Origin: Pseudomonadota bacterium
GTDB taxonomy: Bacteria; Pseudomonadota; Gammaproteobacteria; Steroidobacterales; Steroidobacteraceae
Length of the DNA stretch: 40,688 nucleotides
NCBI GenBank assembly: GCA_947454665.1
Contig: CANGMU010000001.1
Span: 1 to 40,688, forward strand
Direction of reading: 5' to 3'
The position numbers and the translations under genes are program-made. How positions within the stretch are numbered: position 1 is the stretch's first letter; each line of letters begins with the position of its first letter. The notes beneath the pieces are model-generated. The model was not told the origin of the DNA. It was given only the letters and a program-made list of their open reading frames with translations, and did no database searches. Positions 26,397 through 34,322 of this stretch are shown here, piece by piece.

Positions 26397-27272
26397 ATGC
26401 GCCTGCCTGTCCTGGCCCTGCTGGCCTTGCTGTCTTCCACGGCCGCACTCGCGCAGTCGACCGACCTGCCGAAAGCCGTCTACACGGATCCGCCTCGCGA
26501 TGCGGCGCATCCCGCCCGGATGGAAGTGCTCCACATCCCGAGCGGCACGGTCCGGATCAACGGCGTGGCCTACCTCGCAGCGGGCGCGGGAACGCACCCC
26601 ACGCTGGTCATCTGCCATGGCCTGCCCGGCAACGAGAAGAACCTCGATCTCGCCCAGGCCGTGCGCCGCGCGGGCTGGAACGCGATCACCTTCAACTACC
26701 GCGGCTCCTGGGGCAGCCCGGGCCGCTACCGCTTCAGCCAGAACCCGGAGGACGCCAGGGCCGTCCTCGCCTTCCTGCGGGAGCCGGCCAATGCGGCGCG
26801 CCTGGGGATCGACACGCAGCAGCTGGCGATCGTGGGCCACAGCATGGGCGGCTGGGTGGCCGCCCAGGTTGGCGGACAGGACGGGACGCTGCGCGGCGTG
26901 GGCCTGATTTCGGCCGCGAACGTCGGGAACATGGGCAGCCAGAAGCGCGCAGACGTGGTCAAGCGCATGGCGGGCAACCGCGAGGCCCTGGCCGGCGTGA
27001 CGGCCGAAAGCATGGCGGACGAGCTCATCGCGCATCAGCGGGACTTCGACTTCCTGCAGCAGGCCAAAGGCCTGTCCGGCAAGTCCGTCCTGATCCTCAG
27101 TTCCGACGACGGCCTGGCACCCGGTACCGATGCGCTGGCGGCGGCGATCCGCGCCTCGGGTGGCACATCCGTGCTGACGCAGCACGTGGCCACGGACCAC
27201 AGCTGGTCCGACAACCGGATCACCCTGCAGGCCCAGCTCATCCGGTGGCTGCAGTCCTTGCAGCCCGGCTAA
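26397..27272 (+). CDS. secreted alpha/beta hydrolase (GHSMGG)
   Basis: ORF 26097..27272 was trimmed to ATG 26397 (GAGG SD). Sec signal MRLPVLALLALLSSTAALA|Q. Nucleophile elbow is IVGHSMGGW, with late Asp/His candidates (SSDDG, TDHSW). Confidence 0.85.
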   Translation: MRLPVLALLALLSSTAALAQSTDLPKAVYTDPPRDAAHPARMEVLHIPSGTVRINGVAYLAAGAGTHPTLVICHGLPGNEKNLDLAQAVRRAGWNAITFNYRGSWGSPGRYRFSQNPEDARAVLAFLREPANAARLGIDTQQLAIVGHSMGGWVAAQVGGQDGTLRGVGLISAANVGNMGSQKRADVVKRMAGNREALAGVTAESMADELIAHQRDFDFLQQAKGLSGKSVLILSSDDGLAPGTDALAAAIRASGGTSVLTQHVATDHSWSDNRITLQAQLIRWLQSLQPG

Positions 27273-27287
27273 CGCTAGCGACTGCGG

Positions 27288-27644
27288 TCAGAGCGCCAGC
27301 AGCTCCACTTCGAACACCAGCGTGGCGTTGGGCGGGATCACGCCGCCGGCACCACGCGCGCCATAGCCCAGTTCCGGCGGGATGGTGAGCACGCGCGTGC
27401 CACCGACCTGCATGCCCTGCACGCCCTCATCCCAGCCGCGGATGACCATGCCGCCACCGAGCGGAAAATCGAAGGGATCGTTGCGGTCCTTGCTCGAATC
27501 GAACTTGCGGCCGCGGTTCTGCGGCGCCTCGGCATCGAACAGCCAGCCGGTGTAGTGCACCGTCACGTGATGGCCCGCGCTGGCGGTATCGCCGGTGCCG
27601 GGAACGGTGTCTTCGTACTGCAGGCCGGAAGCGGTGGTCGTCAT
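27288..27644 (-). CDS. FKBP-type peptidyl-prolyl cis-trans isomerase
   Basis: 118 aa with canonical FKBP12-like motifs: [43 protein letters not shown]. Confidence 0.92.
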   Translation of the reverse strand: MTTTASGLQYEDTVPGTGDTASAGHHVTVHYTGWLFDAEAPQNRGRKFDSSKDRNDPFDFPLGGGMVIRGWDEGVQGMQVGGTRVLTIPPELGYGARGAGGVIPPNATLVFEVELLAL

Positions 27645-27706
27645 GTCGAGGATCCTCGGTAAGGTGGCCGGATTATCCCGCGATCAGGCGATATCACCAA
27701 CGCCGC

Positions 27707-28327
27707 TCAGCCCCCGGCCAGGCGCTCCAGCCGCGCCGCCGCGCTGGCTGCCGGCATCCGCATGATCGACGCCAGGAGCCGCGCATCGATATTCAGCGAG
27801 GGATGCCGCGTTTTCAGGTCCGAAGCCAGCCGCAGCACCACGCCCGCCGTCACCTCGGCATCGGCAGCCGCACGGTGCGCAGTGCCCTGGAATCCGACAC
27901 GCAGTTGCCTCGACAGCTCGCCCAGCGAATAGCTCCTGAACTGCGGGTAGACACGCCGTGCCAGCTTCAGCGAACAGAGGAATGCCCTGTCTGGTGCCGG
28001 AAGGCCGATCTGCCGGCATTCGTTGGCGAAGAAACGCTCGTCGAAACTGGCGTTGTGGGCCAGCACCGGCGAATCCCCGATGAAACGCATCAGCGCCCGC
28101 ATGACCGCATCGACCGGCGGCGCGGCATCGACCATGCGCTGGGTGATGCCGGTGTAGGACGTGATGAACGGCGGCACGCGGACACCGCAGTTCACGAGGG
28201 ACGCGTAGCGGTCGACGATGGCCTCGCCCTCGATGCGCACGACCGCCACCTCGGTGATCCGATCGCCGCGCAGGGGCGCCAGGCCCGTGGTCTCGAAGTC
28301 GAGCACGACCAACGACTGGCTCAGCAT
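27707..28327 (-). CDS. DnaQ-like (DEDDh) 3'-5' exonuclease
   Basis: ExoI motif VVLDFETTGL, ExoII LAHNASFDERF, ExoIII HRAAADAEVT. Confidence 0.88.
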   Translation of the reverse strand: MLSQSLVVLDFETTGLAPLRGDRITEVAVVRIEGEAIVDRYASLVNCGVRVPPFITSYTGITQRMVDAAPPVDAVMRALMRFIGDSPVLAHNASFDERFFANECRQIGLPAPDRAFLCSLKLARRVYPQFRSYSLGELSRQLRVGFQGTAHRAAADAEVTAGVVLRLASDLKTRHPSLNIDARLLASIMRMPAASAAARLERLAGG

Positions 28328-28428
28328 GGGTGGCGGGCTGCGGTGAAGGACATGGCCCGGCGCAGCCTACACGACCGGTGCGATATGATCAGGATCCCTC
28401 CATCCCCCGCAAAGAGCCTGATCCCACC

Positions 28429-29226
28429 ATGATCGGAAACTATCGTGCGCTGAGTGCGCTGACGACCCTCTTGCTGCTGTCGGCCGAAGCGAGCGCCACC
28501 ATCGTGCGTTTCGAAACGGCCCAGGGTCGCTTCGATGTGAACCTGTACGACAAGAAGACACCGGCCACGGTGGCCAACTTCCTCGCCTACGTGAACAGCG
28601 GCGCCTACAACACCGTGGTGTTCCATCGCTCGGTGAGCGGCTTCATCGTCCAGGGCGGTGGTTACACCTTCCCCGGCGCCCTGCCGCTCGGCACCGTCAC
28701 CGCGCGCGCGGCGGTCGTGAACGAGCCCCTGTTGTCCAACGTGCGGGGCACGATCGCCATGGCCAAGGTGGCCGGCAACCCGAACAGCGCCACCAGCCAG
28801 TGGTTCATCAACGTGGCCAACAACAGCACCACCCTCGATACGCAGAACGGCGGCTTCACCGTGTTCGGCGAGGTCGTCAGCGGCGGCATGACCGTCGTCG
28901 ACGCGATCAATGCCCTGCCGACTTTCAATGCGGCAACCGGCTTTGAAGAACTGCCGCTGCGCAACTACACCGCAGCGAACCTGACCGCCGGCGTGGCGAT
29001 CACGGATCAGAACCTGGTGTACGCCACGACGGTCAGCGTGCTGGACAGCAACGTCGACTCGGCGGCCAGCCTCACGCCGGTCACGAATACGCTGATCAAG
29101 GGGTCTTCAAGTACGTCGACGTCGGGATCGACGTCCAGCTCGGGCGGCGGCGGCGGCGCGACCGGTGTCCTGTCCGTGCTGGGGCTGGGCGCGCTTGCGC
29201 TGGGCAGGCGCCTGCGTCGCCGCTGA
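28429..29226 (+). CDS. secreted cyclophilin-type peptidyl-prolyl isomerase with GlyGly-CTERM-like sorting tail
   Basis: ORF 28330..29226 was trimmed to ATG 28429, with a Sec signal ...LLLLSAEASA|T. Cyclophilin motifs are NFL.YV..G.Y....FHR...GF..QGGG, GT.AMA and NSA.SQWFIN. The tail reads SSSTSTSGSTSSSGGGGGATGVLSVLGLGALALGRRLRRR. Confidence 0.88.
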   Translation: MIGNYRALSALTTLLLLSAEASATIVRFETAQGRFDVNLYDKKTPATVANFLAYVNSGAYNTVVFHRSVSGFIVQGGGYTFPGALPLGTVTARAAVVNEPLLSNVRGTIAMAKVAGNPNSATSQWFINVANNSTTLDTQNGGFTVFGEVVSGGMTVVDAINALPTFNAATGFEELPLRNYTAANLTAGVAITDQNLVYATTVSVLDSNVDSAASLTPVTNTLIKGSSSTSTSGSTSSSGGGGGATGVLSVLGLGALALGRRLRRR

Positions 29227-29246
29227 GGCGTCGCATCGGCGATCCG

Positions 29247-29275
29247 GGTGGATACCCTCGTCTCGGGTATCCACC
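29247..29275. terminator. hairpin between convergent cyclophilin and MFS genes
   Basis: GGTGGATACCC-tcgtctc-GGGTATCCACC forms an 11-bp perfect stem with a 7-nt loop. There is no U tract. Confidence 0.45.
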
Positions 29276-29295
29276 GGGCCCTCAAGCCTGGTTGA

Positions 29296-30531
29296 TCAGG
29301 CCTTCAGCTTGCGGGGCGCCGTTTCCTTGAGGAACAGCGCCACGAAGAAGCCGAGCACGAGACCGCAGGCTGCGAAGTACAGCGCTGCCTTCAGGCCATA
29401 CTTGCCGGCAATGCCGCCCGCGATGATCGGGCTGATGCCGCCACCGACGAACTCACCCGCGAAGATCACGAAGCCGGCCATCGAGGCCAGCATGCCCGGC
29501 GGCGCGGCTTCCGCGGCCACCGGACCTGCCAGGATCGCAAGCGCCGCGAAGTTGAACAGCGAGGCGAAGAACAGCAGCGTCCACAGCGTGCTGATGCTTT
29601 CCGGCCCGGCCTGCGTGAAGAAATACAGCGAGATGGCGGCCAGGATGTAGGACGCCAGCGTCGAGAGCTTGCGGCCGATGTAATCGGAGATCGCCGGCAT
29701 CGCGAACTGTCCGATGGCACCGCCCACGCCCACGGCCGAGAACACGTTGCCGGCCGTGATGGGATCCAGGCCCAGGCCCGCACCGACCGGTGCGGTGAGA
29801 TAAGCCGTGAGCAGCGCGGCGATCACGAAAATGCCACCCATCGCGCAGATCAGGGTGAGCGGCGCGACCTTGGCGTTGCGGTGACCGAACATGCCCAGCA
29901 CCTTGCCGCCGCCATGGCCGGTGTCGGCCCGCTTCGCGGGCTCGCGCACCACCAGCCACATGAGGACGGCCATCACCACGCCCGGCAGGGCGACCAGCAT
30001 GAAGACCGCATGCCAACTGTGGCTGTCGAGCAGGCGCGTTGCGATGATGGGGCCCAGGGCGAGGCCGAACAGCGAAATCATGCACTGGAAGACGCCGTTG
30101 TTCAGGCCGCGACGTTCAGGCTTCGAGGCCTCGACCGCAACCGCGACACCCGTGGAGGCGACCGGCCCCTCGGCGATGCCCATGATGACGCGGACGAAGA
30201 CGAGCCCGACGACTGAACCCGCCATGCCACTGAACGCCGACATCAGCGAGAACACCAGGATGGCGGGGGCAAGCACCACACGACGACCGACCTTGTCCGC
30301 GAGGTAACCCATCACGAAGGCCGAGACGCCCCAGGCCATGCCCAGGTAACCGGCCATGGCGCCGCCGTCAGCCGGCGAAAGCCCCAGGTCCGCCGCCATC
30401 GTCGAGTTCGGTGACTGCAGGATGATCGGCAGGATGAACCGGTCCAGACCCACCAGGCCGAACGTGATGCTCAGCAGCAGGATGATCTTCCACTCGTAAC
30501 TGGTGTCCCAGCCCTTTTCTTCTTGTGCCAT
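29296..30531 (-). CDS. MFS transporter
   Basis: ORF 29296..30861 was trimmed to ATG 30529-30531 (GAGGGGGG SD; MAQEEKGWDTSYEWKIILLL...). It has the MFS signature loop GYLADKVGRR and ~12 hydrophobic segments. Confidence 0.88.
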   Translation of the reverse strand: MAQEEKGWDTSYEWKIILLLSITFGLVGLDRFILPIILQSPNSTMAADLGLSPADGGAMAGYLGMAWGVSAFVMGYLADKVGRRVVLAPAILVFSLMSAFSGMAGSVVGLVFVRVIMGIAEGPVASTGVAVAVEASKPERRGLNNGVFQCMISLFGLALGPIIATRLLDSHSWHAVFMLVALPGVVMAVLMWLVVREPAKRADTGHGGGKVLGMFGHRNAKVAPLTLICAMGGIFVIAALLTAYLTAPVGAGLGLDPITAGNVFSAVGVGGAIGQFAMPAISDYIGRKLSTLASYILAAISLYFFTQAGPESISTLWTLLFFASLFNFAALAILAGPVAAEAAPPGMLASMAGFVIFAGEFVGGGISPIIAGGIAGKYGLKAALYFAACGLVLGFFVALFLKETAPRKLKA

Positions 30532-30572
30532 GTCGCCCCCCTCTGGGCTTGTCGTTGTGGCAAGAGTGTCCG

Positions 30573-32042
30573 CTACCGGGGTTCGAAGGGCAACTCCACG
30601 CGGGGCACCCACCAGCCGTGCACCTGCATGTGCAAACGGAAGGGCAGCTTGATGCGGGCCACGGCACCGGCAGCCAGGTCCATCGCGTCCACGACGACCA
30701 GTTCCGAGCGCAGCGCGCGGAAGTCGTTCACGACACCGATCAGGTAACCGTCTCCCTCGGGGGCATCCGGTGAGCGCGGCACGAACTGCATTTCCGAGAC
30801 GCCGTGGCTGTCGCCGGGCGAGAAGGTGTCGATCTGGCCCGTGACGTGATCGAAGCGGCACCAGACGTTGGAGACGCGCACCGCGAGGGTGTCGGCAAAC
30901 TCGCGATTCACCGGCTGGTTGGGATCGCTCATCATCATGAAGCTGTAGCGATTCTTCCGACCGACGTAGCGATCGTCGATGCGCGTGAAGCTGGTGACCT
31001 TCATGCCCCCGAAGAGGAGCTCTTCCTGCCAGGTATCGCTGGCCGAGTCGAGATCGAAGGTCCAGCGCCGCATCGTCGGGATGTAGCGCGAGGGATCATT
31101 CGGCTGGCCATCCACGCGCGGGAAATAGGAGTGGAAGTTCTCTGCGGCCACCGGCGCCTCGAGGATCACCTTGTTCCCCTCGCTCCAGGCATTGGTCGTG
31201 TGGACCAACATCGCCTGGTCGGGCGTACCGTGGAACCAGCGCACGTCCTTGGCCGTTCCATTGCGCGGCACGATGGCCACATGCGCAGGCACGGCCGGGT
31301 CATAGGCCCAGTGCAGCTTGCCCTGCTTAAGACGTTCGGGCGAAGTCACCATGCCGGTGGTGGGCAGGATGACATGCCGATCCGTGATGGCCATGTCGTG
31401 CATGGCATTGACCACCGGCGCCTTGAACCAGATCTCGTTCGTGACCGAGCCACCCTTGTCGATCACATACACGGCGAGGTCGTCGCTGCAATCGCCCTTG
31501 GCCTCGTAGGAAAAGGCAACCAGCTCACCGGTACGCGGATCGAGCTTCGGGTGGGCCGTGAACGTCGTGGCCGTCATCCTGCCACCGAAATTCCATTCTC
31601 CGATCGTGTCCAGCGTGTCCGGGTCCAGGCGCACCGGCAGGCCTTCCTCCTTCATGCTGAACAACATGCCGGCATGCACGATCGGCGTCGTGTTGGCGGT
31701 GCTGTGGCTCAGCTCCCGCACGCTGGGATCCGACGTCGACCGGTTGCGGTATCGGCCGAACAGGGCGCGGTGCGCGGCGCGTTCGGCGACGTAGCGGTCC
31801 GTCTTCACATAGCGGGAGCGGTAATCCACGTGGCCGTCGTAGAAACGGAACTGGTCGACCGCGCCATCGGCGTTGTACGGCGTGTCGTCGGCATACATCG
31901 CGGCGAAGCGCCGATCCGCACAGCTGCGAAAGAACGTGCCCTGCAGCGCGGCAGGCAGCGTGCCTTCGACCTCGCAATCCAGCACTTCGGCTTCGAAACG
32001 CATCGGCGCGAAGAAATCGCTGCCGCGGGTTGAGCTGCTCAT
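30573..32042 (-). CDS. carotenoid-oxygenase-family dioxygenase (lignostilbene-alpha,beta-dioxygenase-like)
   Basis: RPE65/CCD layout with four spaced His candidates (TAHPKLDP, AMHDMAITDRH, LVHTTNAW, QVHGWWV). The N-terminus DGAVDQFRFYDGHVDYRSRYVKTDRY is colinear with LSDs as recalled. Start is ATG 32040-32042 (GGGGGA SD); the in-frame ATG at 32084 is the alternative. Confidence 0.87.
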   Translation of the reverse strand: MSSSTRGSDFFAPMRFEAEVLDCEVEGTLPAALQGTFFRSCADRRFAAMYADDTPYNADGAVDQFRFYDGHVDYRSRYVKTDRYVAERAAHRALFGRYRNRSTSDPSVRELSHSTANTTPIVHAGMLFSMKEEGLPVRLDPDTLDTIGEWNFGGRMTATTFTAHPKLDPRTGELVAFSYEAKGDCSDDLAVYVIDKGGSVTNEIWFKAPVVNAMHDMAITDRHVILPTTGMVTSPERLKQGKLHWAYDPAVPAHVAIVPRNGTAKDVRWFHGTPDQAMLVHTTNAWSEGNKVILEAPVAAENFHSYFPRVDGQPNDPSRYIPTMRRWTFDLDSASDTWQEELLFGGMKVTSFTRIDDRYVGRKNRYSFMMMSDPNQPVNREFADTLAVRVSNVWCRFDHVTGQIDTFSPGDSHGVSEMQFVPRSPDAPEGDGYLIGVVNDFRALRSELVVVDAMDLAAGAVARIKLPFRLHMQVHGWWVPRVELPFEPR

Positions 32043-32048
32043 CGTGTG

Positions 32049-32081
32049 TCCCCCAGGGTCCGGGGACCGGACCATGGGGGA
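32049..32081 (-). promoter_or_regulatory. strong hairpin whose 3' arm contains the SD of the dioxygenase gene
   Basis: The minus-strand RNA reads UCCCCCA-U-GGUCCGG-ucc-CCGGACC-C-UGGGGGA: 14 base pairs with one U/C mismatch. UGGGGGA is the only SD-like element and sits 6 nt before AUG 32042. Confidence 0.45.
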
Positions 32082-32106
32082 CATTCTACGGAATCGCCGC
32101 AGCCAG

Positions 32107-33246
32107 CTACTGCTGGAACTCCGGCGTCATGTCCTTGCAGGGCTGCTTCTGGAAGGGCACGTCCGAGAGATACATGACGTCGTAGCTCTCGTACGGGGCC
32201 GACAGGTAGACCGGATCCGTGACCGAATAGTCGCGGCGCAGGGACAGCTTCTGCGAATCGAGGGTGAAGCGCTCGACGATGTGCATCTGCTCGCTGCTGC
32301 GCGTGGGCGGCGAGAGCACGCCCGCGGCAAACCCGACGGTGTCCACGACCAGCGTGTCGCCTTCCCAGTTGCCGATCGAATGACCGGCAGCGCTCGGCTT
32401 GAGGCGCTCCGGATGCTTGGTCATGCCGACATGGATGCGGCGTTCAAAGTTGTACAGGCCGTAGGTGATGTCGATGACCTTCTCGCCGCCGACGGTCTTC
32501 TGCTGGAACCGGTTGATCGGCCAGTCAGCCGTCCAGTCACGAATGATGCTCGTGGGTTTGCAGGCGAACCACGGGTTGTCCTTCGGCGACCGGCCGTTGA
32601 AGGCATCCGCCGCCTTCTTGCCGGCCTCCGTATAGACAGCCTTCGGACGCGGCGGCTGCGTGGCCTGCACCTGCTGGAGGCTGATCTTGCCGGCGGCAAA
32701 GTCCGCCGACATGCTCTTCGGGATCATCGAACCGTTGCCGCCGCTCGGCGGCACCGTGAGGACGAGCTGCTCGACGGCCCAGTCGCCGCTGATGTTCGGC
32801 TGGCCATCGGCCAGCTTCAGCGGGCGCTTGGACGTGTCGACCGTCGACTTGGTCTGGAACTGGTCATTGCGGCTCATCGTCGGGCCGTCACCGAGCTTGA
32901 AGGTCTCGATGTAGCAGGCGCCGGGATCATCGCGATGCGGACGTCCGTCGATTTCCACATGCAAACCCGGCTTGAACATCTCGATGGACCACCCGGAACG
33001 GCGCAGCAGCGCAGCCGCGCGCATCTCGCAGCGCATGTGCTGTTTCTTGCCGCTCGCATCGATCGCGTCGAGCTCCATGTAGGAGTGCGGGTTGATCAGG
33101 TTCATCTTGGTCAAAGTGCCCGACCACTGCCGCATCTGGTCCATCTGGAACAGGCCAAAGCCATGATGGGCGAGCGCCGGCGCAGCGATGGCGACAAGGA
33201 CGGCCGCGGCTACAGCAGGCCGCACGAGTTTGCGTGACGTGAACAT
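32107..33246 (-). CDS. exported two-domain protein: DUF6152-like His-His N-terminal domain fused to GHSIGxWEGxxLVV module (paralogue 4)
   Basis: ATG 33244-33246 is preceded by GGGGGG. Sec signal MFTSRKLVRPAVAAAVLVAIAAPALA|HHGF. The N-domain has NPHSY, CE and KPG. The module has FACKP...RRIHVG...GHSIGNWEGDTLVVDT...IVERFTLD...VTDPVYL...QPCKD. Confidence 0.85.
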   Translation of the reverse strand: MFTSRKLVRPAVAAAVLVAIAAPALAHHGFGLFQMDQMRQWSGTLTKMNLINPHSYMELDAIDASGKKQHMRCEMRAAALLRRSGWSIEMFKPGLHVEIDGRPHRDDPGACYIETFKLGDGPTMSRNDQFQTKSTVDTSKRPLKLADGQPNISGDWAVEQLVLTVPPSGGNGSMIPKSMSADFAAGKISLQQVQATQPPRPKAVYTEAGKKAADAFNGRSPKDNPWFACKPTSIIRDWTADWPINRFQQKTVGGEKVIDITYGLYNFERRIHVGMTKHPERLKPSAAGHSIGNWEGDTLVVDTVGFAAGVLSPPTRSSEQMHIVERFTLDSQKLSLRRDYSVTDPVYLSAPYESYDVMYLSDVPFQKQPCKDMTPEFQQ

Positions 33247-33283
33247 GGAACCCCCCGGTTCAGTAATCAATATTCAGGTGCTT

Positions 33284-34312
33284 CTAGAAGGGAAGCGTAG
33301 CCAGCTGCGTGCTGCGGTAAGCGAACTCGAGGAACTGGCTCGGATCGCCAAGCTGTTTCAGGACGGGATGACCGATCAGCGGCCGATCCGCCACGATGGG
33401 CACGACGCCCTTGAACTCCTTGCCGGCATTGAACTCCGCGACATCCCTGGGGCCCAGGCCCTTGTTGAACAGGACGAAGAACTGTCGGAACAGCTGCCAG
33501 TAAAGGTCCTTCATCTTCACGACATCGGCGCCGGTCATCAGCGGGCCATTGGCCGGCACGACGATCGTGTCCGGCTTCACGAGCTCGGCCAGGATGTCGT
33601 ACGAGCGCACGAAGCCGTGCATGAAGCCGCCGTTGAGATAGTCGATCACCGGCCAGCGGTCCGAGGCCACCGGGCCGCCCGCAACGAGCACGTTGCGCTT
33701 CGGGAAATAGACGTACAGGTCGCCATCGGTGTGCGCGCCCGGCAGGTGGCGGTATTGCACCGACTCGCCATTGAACTCGAGGGTGCCCTGGTCATAGGTG
33801 GTCTTAGTCGGCCGCGCGTTCTCCGGCAGCGGCGCGATGGTGCCGTCGAAGAGCGGCGAACGCATCTTGCGGCCGACGGTCAGCCGCGTGACCTCATGCG
33901 CGAAGATCATCGCGCCGTCCTTGCCGGCGGCCTCGTTGAGACCGGTCTGGTCCGGGTGCCAATGCGTGTTGACCAGCGTGTGGATGCGACGCGTGCCGAG
34001 CTTGCCATGCACGGCCTTCAAGAGCAGCGCGGCATTCACCGCGTTGCCACCGTCCACCAGCAGCGCGCCGTCAGGGCCCGGCAAGGCCACGACATTGCAG
34101 CCGCTGCCGGCGAACAGCGTCAGACCGCCGATGTCCTGCTGGGTGATGTCCTTGGCGGACACCTTCCTGCCGACGAAGGGCTTCGTGATGAGCGAATAGT
34201 CGATGCCGGCCGGCGGCGGCGCGGCCAGCAAGGGCGCCGCGGCCCCGAGCAGCGGCGCAGCGAGGGTGAACTGCGCGCTGTCACGCAGGAAAGAGCGACG
34301 AGAGACGGTCAT
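33284..34312 (-). CDS. Tat-exported metallo-beta-lactamase-fold hydrolase (variant motif HWHPDQ)
   Basis: ORF 33284..34507 was trimmed to ATG 34310-34312 (AAAGGGA SD). The twin-arginine signal is MTVSRRSFLRDSAQFTLAAP. MBL motifs are LVDGG, NTHWHPDQTG, GAHTDGD. Confidence 0.85.
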   Translation of the reverse strand: MTVSRRSFLRDSAQFTLAAPLLGAAAPLLAAPPPAGIDYSLITKPFVGRKVSAKDITQQDIGGLTLFAGSGCNVVALPGPDGALLVDGGNAVNAALLLKAVHGKLGTRRIHTLVNTHWHPDQTGLNEAAGKDGAMIFAHEVTRLTVGRKMRSPLFDGTIAPLPENARPTKTTYDQGTLEFNGESVQYRHLPGAHTDGDLYVYFPKRNVLVAGGPVASDRWPVIDYLNGGFMHGFVRSYDILAELVKPDTIVVPANGPLMTGADVVKMKDLYWQLFRQFFVLFNKGLGPRDVAEFNAGKEFKGVVPIVADRPLIGHPVLKQLGDPSQFLEFAYRSTQLATLPF

Positions 34313-34322
34313 GGAAATCCCT

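Noticed and set aside
27288-29226. Two different PPIases (FKBP and cyclophilin) flank a DnaQ-like exonuclease, which could suggest a functional cluster.
   Set aside because: The genes are in three separate transcription units with different localisation (cytoplasmic versus exported). This is most simply a coincidence of housekeeping genes.
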